A DNA stretch of 63,678 bases, filler included, from Stramenopiles sp. TOSAG23-6 (Eukaryota): the NCBI GenBank assembly GCA_900128565.1. It is 11 parts of 11 records of this genome, joined end to end, with 100 filler letters (N's around TTAATTAATTAA, not from the genome) between each part and the next. Parts side by side here need not be neighbours in the genome. Positions count along the whole stretch, not along the records: positions 25,119 to 31,287 come from LT636761.1; positions 31,388 to 37,550 come from LT636762.1; 9 more parts are not named here. The stretch is one strand, 5' to 3'. Below, piece after piece: positions 25,188-35,679 of this stretch. A program made the translations under genes and the position numbers. Every line of letters starts with the position of its first letter. Position 1 is the stretch's first letter. Below the pieces are notes generated by a model. It saw nothing but the letters and a program-made list of their open reading frames with translations. It did no database searches and had not been told where the DNA came from.

Positions 25188-25949
25188 ACCTCCTTTTGCA
25201 ACTCATCAAGTTGCTGCTGCAGGTTTAGTATTGAATAATCATGGAGAATTATTGGTTTGTAAAGAATCGAATCATCCGAAAAACAAAGCTAGATGGAAGT
25301 TACCCGGTGGAATGCTTGATTTGGGAGAGGATGTATGTTTTATTTTTTTTCAAATTTGAGTTTTTTTTCGTACGAAAGTTTGTACCTAACGATTTTTTTT
25401 GAAATATTTTTCCAAAATACATATAGGCTCTGGAGCTGTCAGGGAGGTGTTTGAAGAGACTGGTATATCTACTAATTTTCAATCTATCCTCGCTTTTTGG
25501 CAGAGACATGGCCTAGTTCATGGAAAATCCGATATTTATGCTGTGACTAGACTATCTTTGAAAGATGATGTTGGAGATAGTCGCCCAATTATAAATATTT
25601 CAGATGAACTTTCTGATTGTAAGAACGTTTCCATCATGAATTTCAAATTTAGTTTTTTTTTTCATACGAAATTTTGTACCTAACAAAAAACATTTGAAAT
25701 ATTTTTTCACAATACATGTGGATGGAGATCGGCGAATTGGCATCAACGTCCACCCATCCGTTAGTGCTCTCATTGTGTAATATGTATAGTGTCAAAAACA
25801 AATATGACAAACCAATTCCCCCAAAGATTCAAATGTACGCACATGACCTTCCAATGGTTCAAGGTAAAGACACATTTACCACATTCTTTCCTAGTTCTGA
25901 GAATAATGAATATTGGAATAATGTTCAAGAAATACGAAATCTAAAATAA
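25188..25949 (+). CDS. NUDT6-like Nudix hydrolase, 5'-truncated (introns 25333-25422, 25623-25717)
   Basis: PPFATHQVAAAG...WKLPGGMLDLGED|IGSGAVREVFEETGI is an intact GX5EX7REUXEEXGU box after splicing. Confidence 0.9.
25333..25422 (+). mobile_element. Repeated intron family copy (GT-AT) inside the Nudix box
   Basis: Removing exactly 90 nt gives the X7 spacing. The AG four nt downstream would frameshift. Confidence 0.9.
25623..25717 (+). mobile_element. Repeated intron family copy with GA donor (GAACG...AATACAT)
   Basis: AA|G TGG gives ELSDCKWME. GAACGTTTCCATC aligns with the family GTACGTTTTCAT start. Confidence 0.65.
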
Positions 25950-25981
25950 ATAATGACGTTTTGATTTTTGATATTTTAATT

Positions 25982-28900
25982 TTAAATTTGTAAAGCAAAT
26001 CCACATGATAAATTAGAACTTGCCGATGCTAATATATTTGGGGTTTTCATATTTTTTAATCCAAATGCTTCGATCGCTGCTCCATTTACGGAAACTCCAG
26101 CATTACGTAAATCACAATACGTTTCCAATGCATTTATCGCATTCCGACGTGAAAGAGATAAGGAGCAACGATTAAGATTATTGAAGTCTTTTTGAAATGC
26201 AAGGAACAAGTTGCTATTAAGAAAAGCTGAATAGAAATCGTACCACGGAGAAGTTTTCCTTATACGGTTTAGATTTGTCGAAGCCTCTGTAGAAAACAAC
26301 TGTCTCTGACCTTGATATGAAGAAATACTAATCTTCGAAAGTAAAACTTGGTACATTTCAAAAAACGTTGCTCTTATATACGGTATTACATTACAAGAGC
26401 CTCCGTCATCATCATTATTATTTGAGCTAACTTTATCGGTATTCAGCAACCGTGGCATAAATGATATCAAATGTTCTTCACTGACACTCATCAGATGGTC
26501 GGGAAAAGGTTTGAATATGTAGACTGGAGTTGATGTTAATATATTCATCGCCTCTGGTTTATTTTGCCGTTTTTCTTGTGTGATTTCATTGACATAACAA
26601 AATTCTTCAGTTGATGTTGCAAATATCTTCCAAGGACCTCTATATGATCTTACTAAAACATTACTTGATACTTCGTTTGAGTATATATTAATTAAAGGGG
26701 CCGATGGTACTATTAAATTACCTCCTCTTGGTTTCCCATTATTAATTCTATTGTTGGGGCAAATACCAATGATACAGCATTGTAACGGGTAATTCTTCTG
26801 CAGCAACTGATTTATAACTGTATCTTCCGTACTATGGACACCTAAGATGTATTGTGCCCCTCGAGTATTTTCTGTACTCATAAAATGACACAACTGATCA
26901 ATAGATAGAGTTGGGAGGTACTTTGTTGTTTTTCCAGTGATATTGATATCAAATCTCAATTCCGGAGAATACATTGGAACTAATAGAGATATTATCGCTT
27001 CCATTATTGGTAGTAGTTCGTGGCATTTTTCGTTCACAATAATTACAGTTCGTTGTTGTAAAATACCACCAATTATTGTAATGACTTCATTTGGCGTGAA
27101 ATAAGAAAAAAGCAGTTGAATACTAAGAAGATCTAAAGGGAAAATTTGCATATTATCTAAACAGTTTGAGGAAAACTGTGGATTCATTTTAGACAATGAA
27201 TCGTCTCTAGGTAGTCTATAACAAAGCTTTCGTGTTATGTTTTCGATATTTTGTTTAGCGAAATACGCTGAGCGCATTTTTTCCAGAATAAATCTGTGTA
27301 CTGTAAATAATGGAAATCGAGATATCAAGCATAATGTCCGGCGACCCTTGCACATACGTTTCTCTTCCTTTATATCTCCTGCTAGTTCAGTGGTTAATGT
27401 GTTTCTTTCAATTAATGGAACGATGCCGTGTGTATGTATTTTGGAAAAATATTTCAAAAAAAAACCGTTAGGTACAAACTTTCGTACGAAAAAAAATCGA
27501 AATTGAAAAAAAATTAAACATACATTTGCAAATGCTTCGATACTTCTAGCAAATTTGTTGCTTCGAATTTGATTGATGCATTGAATGATATTATTTGTTC
27601 CTATTGTATTGCTATGCTGAGACAACATAATCTCAAATGAAAATACTATTTTTCCATATTTTTCTAATGGCTCGTGAAGTATCACTTGGTTTTTCGCGAA
27701 AGCCCATTCACCTTCAATTACACCTAATCGTACTAAATTTAATGTAAAAGCATCCTGTAATATTGTCGATCCCCGCCAACGCTTCAAACCACCTTGCAAA
27801 CCCCCAATAACAATAGTACCTACAAGTCCTATATAACTGTTGGTTTCAGCATGTAACTTTAATGATCCTAAGCTAGTCGCAGAACAATAATAAACATATG
27901 AATTCGGATCGTTTACGTCACCTTGTTCCGCCGCACGAAATGAATGGAACTGTGGTTGTTTATTTTGATTATTGTTTGCATCATAATCTTCATATCTATC
28001 AAAATATTTTGGGAGTTTGGGTATTAGTCTAGTGATTGAAAAAGTATCAAATGTTAAGTCTTTATGATTATCGGAAGGATATCGCTTTACACCATGTTTA
28101 GCCCATAATTTGATAAATTCGGGTAAACCGATGAACCCTTGTTTATTTACATCAAATTGCGACATTTCTCGCTCTATTTGCGCACGATTCATCAAAGAAC
28201 CCGAAAGATCCTTAATTAATGGTTGCAAATCTGCCTTGCTCATCATACCATGTCCTGAGCTATCATACTGGTGAAAGAGATCTTCCATCGGGCCACCTAA
28301 ACCAACATTATGTATAAGATCATTATTTGGTTCTACCGGTATTTCATTCCGATCTGTATTGGGCGGCAGCCATGTGATTAACAAAGCATAATCAAAGAAC
28401 CTAAATAATGGTGTCTTTTGCATCTCTATTTCAGACTTGAATCCTTGCTTCTCTGCATACCGCAAAGCTACATTACTATTAATACATGGACAGTAAACAG
28501 TTCTTTTAGATCCAACAGCTAAAAGTAATTTAGAACATTCTAGCGAATTCGCACATAACGCAATATCGATAGCATTATTACCCATTTCATTTTTTGCATC
28601 AAGCATTTCTATTTGAGTAACCTTGTTGGCTTCGAGAATAATTTTGCATATTGCAGGATTACCAACTTTACAAGAATCCCAAAGTTCCATAGCAAAGAGG
28701 TCCGGGTTGTTGTTGTGAAATTCGATATTCTTATACAAGAATTGTTCAAAATCTGAAGCCTGGCCTCCATAAATCATTTCTCTCGCTTCCATTACCATTG
28801 TTACAAACGACGCGCTTATTGTTTTGGGTTTTGGAGTCAATTTTGTTTCTTTTCTTTTTTTCTTTTGTTTTGGCCTGGGCTTATATTTTTTTTTCCTTGT

Positions 28901-29845
28901 TTTTTCTTCTACCATTTTATCTGTTTGAGCAGGTTTCGTGAAACAACATAAACAACGACAGAACTTAGCTAAACCTTTTCTCTTTGATTGTTTTTTGGTG
29001 ATCTTTTTCTGCCCTTCATTTATATTTTTTTCCACTGCTTTCGCGCTTTTATCAGTTGAGATTGCTTTTTCACCAGTCGAAGGTTTTCTTTTGACAGCAG
29101 TTGAGGGTTTAGTAGGGAAAATTGCTATTGGTTTAAGATTATAATCACTAGGCAGTTGTTTTTTCTTTGCATCTTTTCTTTTATTTTCATCCAGTAACGC
29201 TGTCTCTTCGTCAGATGAAGTTGTTTTTTCATCTGAGGTTGCTTCTTCCTCGAAAGGTTCTTTATCAGTAGTGGTTAGTACATCAATTTCTTTATTGATA
29301 TATTTTGTTTTTTCATCAATGTTTTCATCCTCAATCGAAGTCTTTCTCTCCTCCTCCTCGATCAATCCTGATTCTTCATCAATTACAGTCGATGAGAATT
29401 CTTCCTCAATTGAAGTTGTTTTTTCATCCTCTTCAATAGAAGACGTTTTTTCATCGTCCCCAATCGAGTTGGTGACTGTAGGACTATCTACCGTGGTTGA
29501 ATCAACCGACAATTTATCACTATCAGTGGATTCCGTATCTGTATCTGTATCAGAAGAGGACGAATCGGTATCTTCAATTGAACTGATTACAGGACGCTTT
29601 CGTTGAAGCTGCCCCCACAGCTTCTCCTTCATTGTTCCGAACTTGCTCGTGGTTTCATGTCTACGTTTGCGGCGTCTCCTTCTTTTTTTCTTTTTCCTCT
29701 TTTTTCTCCTTCTCTTTGAGCTATGTTCTCTCTTTGAGCTATGTTCTCTTTTAGAACGTTCCTCTTTATCTTTCCGATGTCGCCGCGTGTGCTTGTGGTG
29801 GCCGTGGTGGTGGTGCTCCTCCTCAACCATTATTTTTATAGCCAA
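25982..29845 (-). CDS. Multidomain protein: K/R- and acidic-rich N-terminus, ankyrin repeat, EF-hand pair, DENN-like region, WW-like insert; in-frame intron 27434-27523
   Basis: GNNAIDIAL (ANK); DSSGHGMMSKADL and DVNKQGFIGLPEF (EF-hands); LCLISRFPLF...QYILGVH (DENN); WKIFATSTEEFCYVNEITQE (WW-like). Confidence 0.75.
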   Translation of the reverse strand: MAIKIMVEEEHHHHGHHKHTRRHRKDKEERSKREHSSKREHSSKRRRKKRKKKKRRRRRKRRHETTSKFGTMKEKLWGQLQRKRPVISSIEDTDSSSSDTDTDTESTDSDKLSVDSTTVDSPTVTNSIGDDEKTSSIEEDEKTTSIEEEFSSTVIDEESGLIEEEERKTSIEDENIDEKTKYINKEIDVLTTTDKEPFEEEATSDEKTTSSDEETALLDENKRKDAKKKQLPSDYNLKPIAIFPTKPSTAVKRKPSTGEKAISTDKSAKAVEKNINEGQKKITKKQSKRKGLAKFCRCLCCFTKPAQTDKMVEEKTRKKKYKPRPKQKKKRKETKLTPKPKTISASFVTMVMEAREMIYGGQASDFEQFLYKNIEFHNNNPDLFAMELWDSCKVGNPAICKIILEANKVTQIEMLDAKNEMGNNAIDIALCANSLECSKLLLAVGSKRTVYCPCINSNVALRYAEKQGFKSEIEMQKTPLFRFFDYALLITWLPPNTDRNEIPVEPNNDLIHNVGLGGPMEDLFHQYDSSGHGMMSKADLQPLIKDLSGSLMNRAQIEREMSQFDVNKQGFIGLPEFIKLWAKHGVKRYPSDNHKDLTFDTFSITRLIPKLPKYFDRYEDYDANNNQNKQPQFHSFRAAEQGDVNDPNSYVYYCSATSLGSLKLHAETNSYIGLVGTIVIGGLQGGLKRWRGSTILQDAFTLNLVRLGVIEGEWAFAKNQVILHEPLEKYGKIVFSFEIMLSQHSNTIGTNNIIQCINQIRSNKFARSIEAFANVCLIFFQFRFFFVRKFVPNGFFLKYFSKIHTHGIVPLIERNTLTTELAGDIKEEKRMCKGRRTLCLISRFPLFTVHRFILEKMRSAYFAKQNIENITRKLCYRLPRDDSLSKMNPQFSSNCLDNMQIFPLDLLSIQLLFSYFTPNEVITIIGGILQQRTVIIVNEKCHELLPIMEAIISLLVPMYSPELRFDINITGKTTKYLPTLSIDQLCHFMSTENTRGAQYILGVHSTEDTVINQLLQKNYPLQCCIIGICPNNRINNGKPRGGNLIVPSAPLINIYSNEVSSNVLVRSYRGPWKIFATSTEEFCYVNEITQEKRQNKPEAMNILTSTPVYIFKPFPDHLMSVSEEHLISFMPRLLNTDKVSSNNNDDDGGSCNVIPYIRATFFEMYQVLLSKISISSYQGQRQLFSTEASTNLNRIRKTSPWYDFYSAFLNSNLFLAFQKDFNNLNRCSLSLSRRNAINALETYCDLRNAGVSVNGAAIEAFGLKNMKTPNILASASSNLSCGFALQI
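27434..27523 (-). mobile_element. Repeated intron family copy (GT-AT), 90 nt, stop-free
   Basis: Read through in the ORF track as VCLIFFQFRFFFVRKFVPNGFFLKYFSKIH. Confidence 0.85.
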
Positions 29846-30241
29846 AGATAATACGGAAGATAATCAAATTACTTTGATATTCTCAAGATAATACCAAATA
29901 TGCGCAGTACGGCATTATTTCATATTCGGGGTATATTCGGCGTATATCACAATGTAATCCCTTTATATAATTTGAGCTGATAATGGAAATAGTTTTGGGG
30001 AAAGTAGAGCTGTCTTTCTCTAATAGAAGTACGAGTAGTGTACTATATATACTACTACGTAGTAGCCGTATCTTAAAAGATCACTGATCGGTTATTTGAT
30101 TTCTGCCAACACACGAACGAAAACTGTCAAAACCAAAACAAAAATCAGACCTGCCTGGCTGTCCAGAGCAAAACACTATTCCCTTTTTTAGGGTGAGAAT
30201 AGTTTCAACTACTTGAAATAAAGCTCAAATCCTTTTATAAA

Positions 30242-31144
30242 ATGAAGAGGTTCCTTTGTCCAGCCAAAAAATCAGTGTCAAAGAGGACAAAGAGCTGCTT
30301 AACTTCCAAAGGATCCATCGCTAAAGTATTTGATGCTGCTGCAGGACTTTACGTTGGGCCTGAGAAGTGGTCCGTTGAATCAGGTATACAACACTTGCTA
30401 GAAGTAGACGAAACGCGTTGGAAACCAATTATAGAAAAATTTGGAATTCCAAAACAAGTTCATAGGTCATTCTTATCCAAGTCTAACGACATTTCCATTG
30501 ACTCAGATTTTTTATTTGCTAGCTTACTCAAAACAATCATCTATCAACAACTATCTGGAAAGTCTGCGGCGTCTATTTTTAACAAGTTAAATATTTCTCT
30601 TGGAGTAAATTCAACCCAAACTCTTTCTCCGAAGTTAGTAAATAATGCTATATTTACGGAGCAAATTATAGAGGGTAAGAAAAAAGTTCTGGTTAATGGC
30701 TCTATTGTTGGTATCAGTAGACAAAAACGAGACTATATTTTGTCTCTCTCAGAACATTTTAATGATGAAGAAAAATTGAAAAATATTGATGTAACCAAGT
30801 TGTCTCCTGAAATGATAAAATCGAAACTGATCAATATAAAAGGTGTTGGGGAGTGGAGTGTTGAAATGCTTCTGATATTTACATTGTATCGTGGAGATGT
30901 GTTTTCTCCTGGTGACTTGGCATTGAGAAAAGCTACAGCTCTCATCTTGGGAAAACCCATTGATACTTGGTCTAAAAGTTCAAAGTCAAATAGAAATGTA
31001 GTAGCTGATGTCGCAANNNNNNNNNNNNNNNNNNNNNNNNNNNNNNNNNNNNNNNNNNNNNNNNNNNNNNNNNNATTGCTACGAACTTATGGACAGTACA
31101 AAGAAATAAAGAAATTCACTTACTATTTGAAAGATTTGGTTTAG
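30242..31144 (+). CDS. DNA-3-methyladenine glycosylase II (AlkA/Mag1, HhH-GPD)
   Basis: FASLLKTIIYQQLSGKSAASI...GISRQKRDYI...LINIKGVGEWSVEMLLIF...DVFSPGDLALRK. A gap lies near the C-terminus. Confidence 0.9.
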   Translation: MKRFLCPAKKSVSKRTKSCLTSKGSIAKVFDAAAGLYVGPEKWSVESGIQHLLEVDETRWKPIIEKFGIPKQVHRSFLSKSNDISIDSDFLFASLLKTIIYQQLSGKSAASIFNKLNISLGVNSTQTLSPKLVNNAIFTEQIIEGKKKVLVNGSIVGISRQKRDYILSLSEHFNDEEKLKNIDVTKLSPEMIKSKLINIKGVGEWSVEMLLIFTLYRGDVFSPGDLALRKATALILGKPIDTWSKSSKSNRNVVADVAXXXXXXXXXXXXXXXXXXXXLLRTYGQYKEIKKFTYYLKDLV

Positions 31145-31387
31145 TATTCAATTTGTCAACTTTTCAAACGTTTTATTTGTAATCAAAGTTTTTTTTTACA
31201 AGATAATATTATATAATTTTCATTCCTTACATTATGCTATTTCACTACCAGCAACCTTATTGATTTCTGCTTTTAATAATTTACTCGNNNNNNNNNNNNN
31301 NNNNNNNNNNNNNNNNNNNNNNNNNNNNNNNTTAATTAATTAANNNNNNNNNNNNNNNNNNNNNNNNNNNNNNNNNNNNNNNNNNNN

Positions 31388-31720
31388 CACTTGGAAGTAT
31401 TGAAATGGTTAAGAAGTCAAAATCCACCTTGTCCATGGGATGGAGAAGCGTGTCGTGAAGCAGCTGCTAATGGTCACTTAGAAGTATTACAATGGTTGAG
31501 AAATATGGGAGCTCCAGAGGACGAAGGTGGAGAGAATGATTCAGAGGATAATATAGAGGATAATTTAGAGGATGATATAGAGGATAATATAGAGGATACT
31601 TATGATAATTTTAGGGATTATGTAAGAGGATTATTTAGTGGTACCGTTGATGATGTAGAGGATGATGGATATGATTCTTTAGATAGCTTTTTAGCAGATT
31701 CAGACGATGTAGATTACTAA
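31388..31720 (+). CDS. Ankyrin-like repeat protein C-terminus with acidic tail (5'-truncated)
   Basis: HLEVLKWLRSQNPPCPWD...AAANGHLEVLQWLR. Confidence 0.75.
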   Translation, partial: HLEVLKWLRSQNPPCPWDGEACREAAANGHLEVLQWLRNMGAPEDEGGENDSEDNIEDNLEDDIEDNIEDTYDNFRDYVRGLFSGTVDDVEDDGYDSLDSFLADSDDVDY

Positions 31721-32105
31721 TGAAACAAAAGATGGATTTTGTGTATTATAAAAGTAGTAAGCCAAAATAAATTATGATAGTAAATACGTATACGTAACCA
31801 CGGCAAGATGAATATAGGTATTTTATTTTTCAAAATAATAAAACAAATATGAAACATCTTACCTGTGAAACGCATAATAGTACATTTTACAGTACACTTT
31901 AGGTAACTATGCAGTATGCAAATCAATAGAAATAAGTTGCCCGTTGTAAACAATATTGAAGGTTTTCATTGTAAAACATGAAATCCAATTAGGGATAGCG
32001 TTTTATTTTTTTTATTACATACAAAAATAAATTTTAAGGATAGTTCAGCATGTATAAGGATAGTTCAGCATGTACAACCTTAACCTTAGCAGTTACATTT
32101 TTAGA

Positions 32106-32927
32106 TTACTGAAATAAAGCATGAGGATTGTTCAGCTTAAATTCAGTATAATACTGAGAATTGAAATACAGTTCCAACTTTTTTTCTTTACGGATCAAAT
32201 TATGAATTGTTTCAAGTTTTGGATAATTTTTTAGTATAGAATTCTTACTTAAATATGAAAACCATGCCTGATGTTGATCTATCATTTCAAATAAATGAAA
32301 ATCAGCCAGTGTGATATCGTTTGAACATGAAAATAAAGTTCCATTTGACTCGATAAAATCGTTTAACTTTTTGTAATGAACCAAAAGCCCACTATTAACA
32401 TATTCTTCCAAATTGTCAATTTTCCGTCCATAAAAGTAACCAATCGAATCGTTTCGCCAGTCCATTGTTTGAGCAACAATTTGATCAATTCTAGATTTTT
32501 CAATCGTATCTTTACCTGATAAACCAAATTTTCGACCAAGCATGTATAAACATGCATTTGTTTGCACAACCATTCTATTAAGTGTCTTTCCTTGGTACTC
32601 TGCGATATAAGGAAGATTTGCCATGGCGTTATTTTCTTTACATTTTTCTTTGGCTGAAAACCACGAAGCCTTGTAATCCGGTGAAGTGGGATCTCCAGCA
32701 TCATAATTGATATATTCTACATCAACACCTTCTTCAAGACCACTATAGAAACATATCATACGAAGTGGGGCAGCAAGACCACGAATTTTCCAGTAAGCCA
32801 CTTTCAAAACACAATTCCGAGTAGAAGATGTTGAAAGAAGTCGTTGACCTACTAGAGTTCCTGTTATACATCCAGTCACAAATGAAGATATGGCCATGGA
32901 ATAGAGTTTTGTGGGTTGAACCGTCAT
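32106..32927 (-). CDS. Glutathione S-transferase (Mu-like) with N-terminal extension
   Basis: YWKIRGLAAPLRM...NLPYI...QTNACL..LGRKFGL.G...ITLADFHLFEMID. Confidence 0.9.
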   Translation of the reverse strand: MTVQPTKLYSMAISSFVTGCITGTLVGQRLLSTSSTRNCVLKVAYWKIRGLAAPLRMICFYSGLEEGVDVEYINYDAGDPTSPDYKASWFSAKEKCKENNAMANLPYIAEYQGKTLNRMVVQTNACLYMLGRKFGLSGKDTIEKSRIDQIVAQTMDWRNDSIGYFYGRKIDNLEEYVNSGLLVHYKKLNDFIESNGTLFSCSNDITLADFHLFEMIDQHQAWFSYLSKNSILKNYPKLETIHNLIRKEKKLELYFNSQYYTEFKLNNPHALFQ

Positions 32928-33181
32928 TTCTATCCGGTCGTAAAAGTGCTGGTTAGCACTACACACTACCTGATGATATTCGAGAGTGTGATTTGATTCG
33001 AGAGAAGCAAATGAGCTTACTCTAAATTTCCTAATTTGCTACTTTTTTTCAGCAAGTCAAATTCAAACAAATCGAAAAATGAAACTGTCGCGGTCACAAA
33101 ATAATCGCTGAAGTATTTCATTTAAGTATACCTTTGCTCGTAGAATCTGACAGGTACACTTCTAACTATTAATGTCATATA

Positions 33182-35362
33182 TTGAAATGCAATTTTCGTA
33201 AATCTCTGTATGGAATGCAGGACAATTGTTCGACTAGCGAAAAATACGAAGAAATGCAACCTAAAGAAAATAGATTTTCACAAAAGGATGAACCTAACGA
33301 AAATAATTTCTCACAAAAGGAAGACATGCAACCTAACGAAGATAGTTTCTTAGATAAAGTCTTAGATAAACCTAACGAAGATAAAGTCGTAGATACAGGA
33401 GTCGTTGATATCGATGAAGTACAAGGGCATGATACTGATATAGATACTGATACTGATACAGATACTGATATAGATACGGATCCAGAACATCTCGCTCATG
33501 ATATCCAAAGAGATTCAGAAGATGAATTATGGTATTGGGCAAAGCAGCAAGCTGAAGACCAAGCTAAAATAGAAAAGCAACGCTTAGAGCTAGAAGATAA
33601 AAATCAAACACAAGACAGAGAAGTTACAAACGAATCAGAGAAACAGATACGCCTTGTTGAAAATGATAATATAAATATGATACATTCATTCGAAAAACGC
33701 CTTGTTGAAAATGATAGTATAAATATGATACATTCATTCGAAAAACGCCTTGTTGAAAATGATAATATAAATATGATACATTCATTCGAAATAGATGAAC
33801 TGAGCAATGATACACAGCTAAACGATCCACTCAAAGTAGATGCATTGGATCTCGTAGAACGTAAAAAATATACAGAAAATAATACTACAGAGACCATTAT
33901 TAACACAACTGATATACATTCATCTATATATGAAATAGATGACAAGCATACGAATAAAGATGAAATAGATAGGGAGTATAACCCTAACCCTTATAAAGAT
34001 ATGAGTCCTTTCTCTACTTTTGATATAGTAAATAGTAGATGTAGACCAGATAGAGAAATTAAGTTAGGGTTAGGGTTAGAAAATGATGCCAAACGTAGAG
34101 ACTGTTTTGGTTTAGGAATGAGACAAATTGTACGGATGAAAAAAGAAGAAGAACGAATGAACTCAATAGGAGGACGAGGTTTTAGTCAATATATGAATAA
34201 GTATTTGCAAATGAAAAATAATATTGCCCAAAATAATCAAATTCACCAAAATTATCAAAGTAACAAAAGTAACAAAAATAACATTATAATTCAGAGAAAG
34301 CCAAAATATAAAAATGAAATTATGTCCAGGGTTAAGGTTAGTGATGTACAACGTGATGGTGACCTTAACCCTAATGAAATTTCAAATATTCAAAAAAATA
34401 CATTCACTACCACACTGTTGACACGTAACCCTAATGAAATTCCATTACATCAAAAAAAACAAAAAAAACAAAAAATACAAAAAATACAAAAAATACAAAA
34501 ATATCACCAAAATAAAATACTGGAAAGAAAAACAAATACAAAAAGACAAACTCAAAAAAATAAAGAAGAAATTTGGTTAAGAAAACAAGCTCAGCGCATT
34601 GTCCGTCTTAGAATGATGGAAGATGCTCAACAAAGAAGTATGAACAATGTTCTAAAAACACGAAATCAACGGGTTAGTCGTTTAGTCGCTGCGAATAGAA
34701 AAAAAAAAGTTCAAGTTGCAAAAGTTAAACAGAAGAGAGAAGATGAAAATGCGAAAAAATATTTCAATATGCATCAAAGCCTTTATGGGGATTCATCATC
34801 TATTGAAGCTCGTAGAAATTTCATAAAACTACAAAAGTCAAATAAATGTACAAAACAACGCATGTACGTTTTCATGATAAATTTCAAATATTTTTTTTTT
34901 TGGTTTTCGTACGAAATTCCGTACCTAACATTTTTTTTCTACAATATTTTTTCACAATACATGATACGTGAAGAACGAGCGGCCAACGCTAAACGGAATC
35001 GATTAGCACAACATGCGAGACGTCAAGCAGAAGTTTCGCGTCATCTTACAGAAAAAGAAAAGTATCGGAATTTATTGCATGAAATGAAAAATCGCATGGA
35101 AAAAAGACAGGAAAGACAAAATGCAGTCTCTAGAAGAATTAGTAGAGAAATTGGCGAAAGACGAAAAATACTAAGAATTCGTTCGACGCCTGGACCGGGT
35201 ATCGGAAACAATTCACAACGACAATATAGAAAATTACCATCCCGTAGTATTGCAACTACCTGGAAAAGTACCTTAACCTCTGGAAGTTATAGTCATGAAA
35301 CAGCTAAGCGAGATAAAGGTTGGTTGTACACTAATCCAAAATGCCGAAGAAGACTTGCGTAA
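33182..35362 (+). CDS. Low-complexity coiled-coil protein; in-frame intron 34864-34962
   Basis: 726-aa ORF containing a 99-nt family intron read through as YVFMINFK...FSQYM. The start is probably ATG 33215. Confidence 0.65.
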   Translation: MKCNFRKSLYGMQDNCSTSEKYEEMQPKENRFSQKDEPNENNFSQKEDMQPNEDSFLDKVLDKPNEDKVVDTGVVDIDEVQGHDTDIDTDTDTDTDIDTDPEHLAHDIQRDSEDELWYWAKQQAEDQAKIEKQRLELEDKNQTQDREVTNESEKQIRLVENDNINMIHSFEKRLVENDSINMIHSFEKRLVENDNINMIHSFEIDELSNDTQLNDPLKVDALDLVERKKYTENNTTETIINTTDIHSSIYEIDDKHTNKDEIDREYNPNPYKDMSPFSTFDIVNSRCRPDREIKLGLGLENDAKRRDCFGLGMRQIVRMKKEEERMNSIGGRGFSQYMNKYLQMKNNIAQNNQIHQNYQSNKSNKNNIIIQRKPKYKNEIMSRVKVSDVQRDGDLNPNEISNIQKNTFTTTLLTRNPNEIPLHQKKQKKQKIQKIQKIQKYHQNKILERKTNTKRQTQKNKEEIWLRKQAQRIVRLRMMEDAQQRSMNNVLKTRNQRVSRLVAANRKKKVQVAKVKQKREDENAKKYFNMHQSLYGDSSSIEARRNFIKLQKSNKCTKQRMYVFMINFKYFFFWFSYEIPYLTFFFYNIFSQYMIREERAANAKRNRLAQHARRQAEVSRHLTEKEKYRNLLHEMKNRMEKRQERQNAVSRRISREIGERRKILRIRSTPGPGIGNNSQRQYRKLPSRSIATTWKSTLTSGSYSHETAKRDKGWLYTNPKCRRRLA
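33649..33790 (+). repeat. 48-bp coding tandem repeat, 3 copies (RLVENDNINMIHSFEK)
   Basis: Three near-identical CGCCTTGTTGAAAATGATAATATAAATATGATACATTCATTCGAAAAA units. Confidence 0.9.
34864..34962 (+). mobile_element. Repeated intron family copy (GT-AT), 99 nt
   Basis: AT|GTACG...CAATACAT|G. Confidence 0.85.
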
Positions 35363-35475
35363 GAGTTGCTCATTACTAAATAAACTTTATATTTGCTTAA
35401 AAAACATTAATCTATATGGTGTGTTCTTATTTGACTCACTTATATATCGTAGAACCATGTATTATCTTGTGTATC

Positions 35476-35679
35476 CTATCTATGTGAAGTTGTAGGATCT
35501 TCTAGGCTGCCCTCTTTATTCTTCCTCATTTCATATTTTTCCTCTATTTCGATGTCACGTAGTACAGCTTTTCTCATATTTCTTCGATCTTCATTTTGCG
35601 TCTTATGGACTGTGTATACAGTAAACACACAAATACCAGTAGCTACTGCCATTGCTATACGTGGTCCGAGTTGACTCAT
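35476..35679 (-). CDS. PET117: PET117-like cytochrome c oxidase assembly factor
   Basis: 67 aa with a hydrophobic helix followed by VHKTQNEDRRNMRKAVLRDIE (PET117 pattern VH..Q..D...L..GV.RD.E). Confidence 0.7.
   Translation of the reverse strand: MSQLGPRIAMAVATGICVFTVYTVHKTQNEDRRNMRKAVLRDIEIEEKYEMRKNKEGSLEDPTTSHR

Noticed and set aside
25331-25420. Interpreting the family as U12-type AT-AC introns
   Set aside because: The U12 donor ATATCCTT and branch TCCTTAAC are absent. Copies lacking an upstream AT would have to start CC, CT, GC or AA. GT-AT fits more copies, though lariat data are needed to exclude AT-AC fully.
31388-31720. Giant-virus origin of the CPWD-type ankyrin fragment
   Set aside because: This repeat type is also common in protist nuclear genomes, and no viral hallmark genes are nearby.
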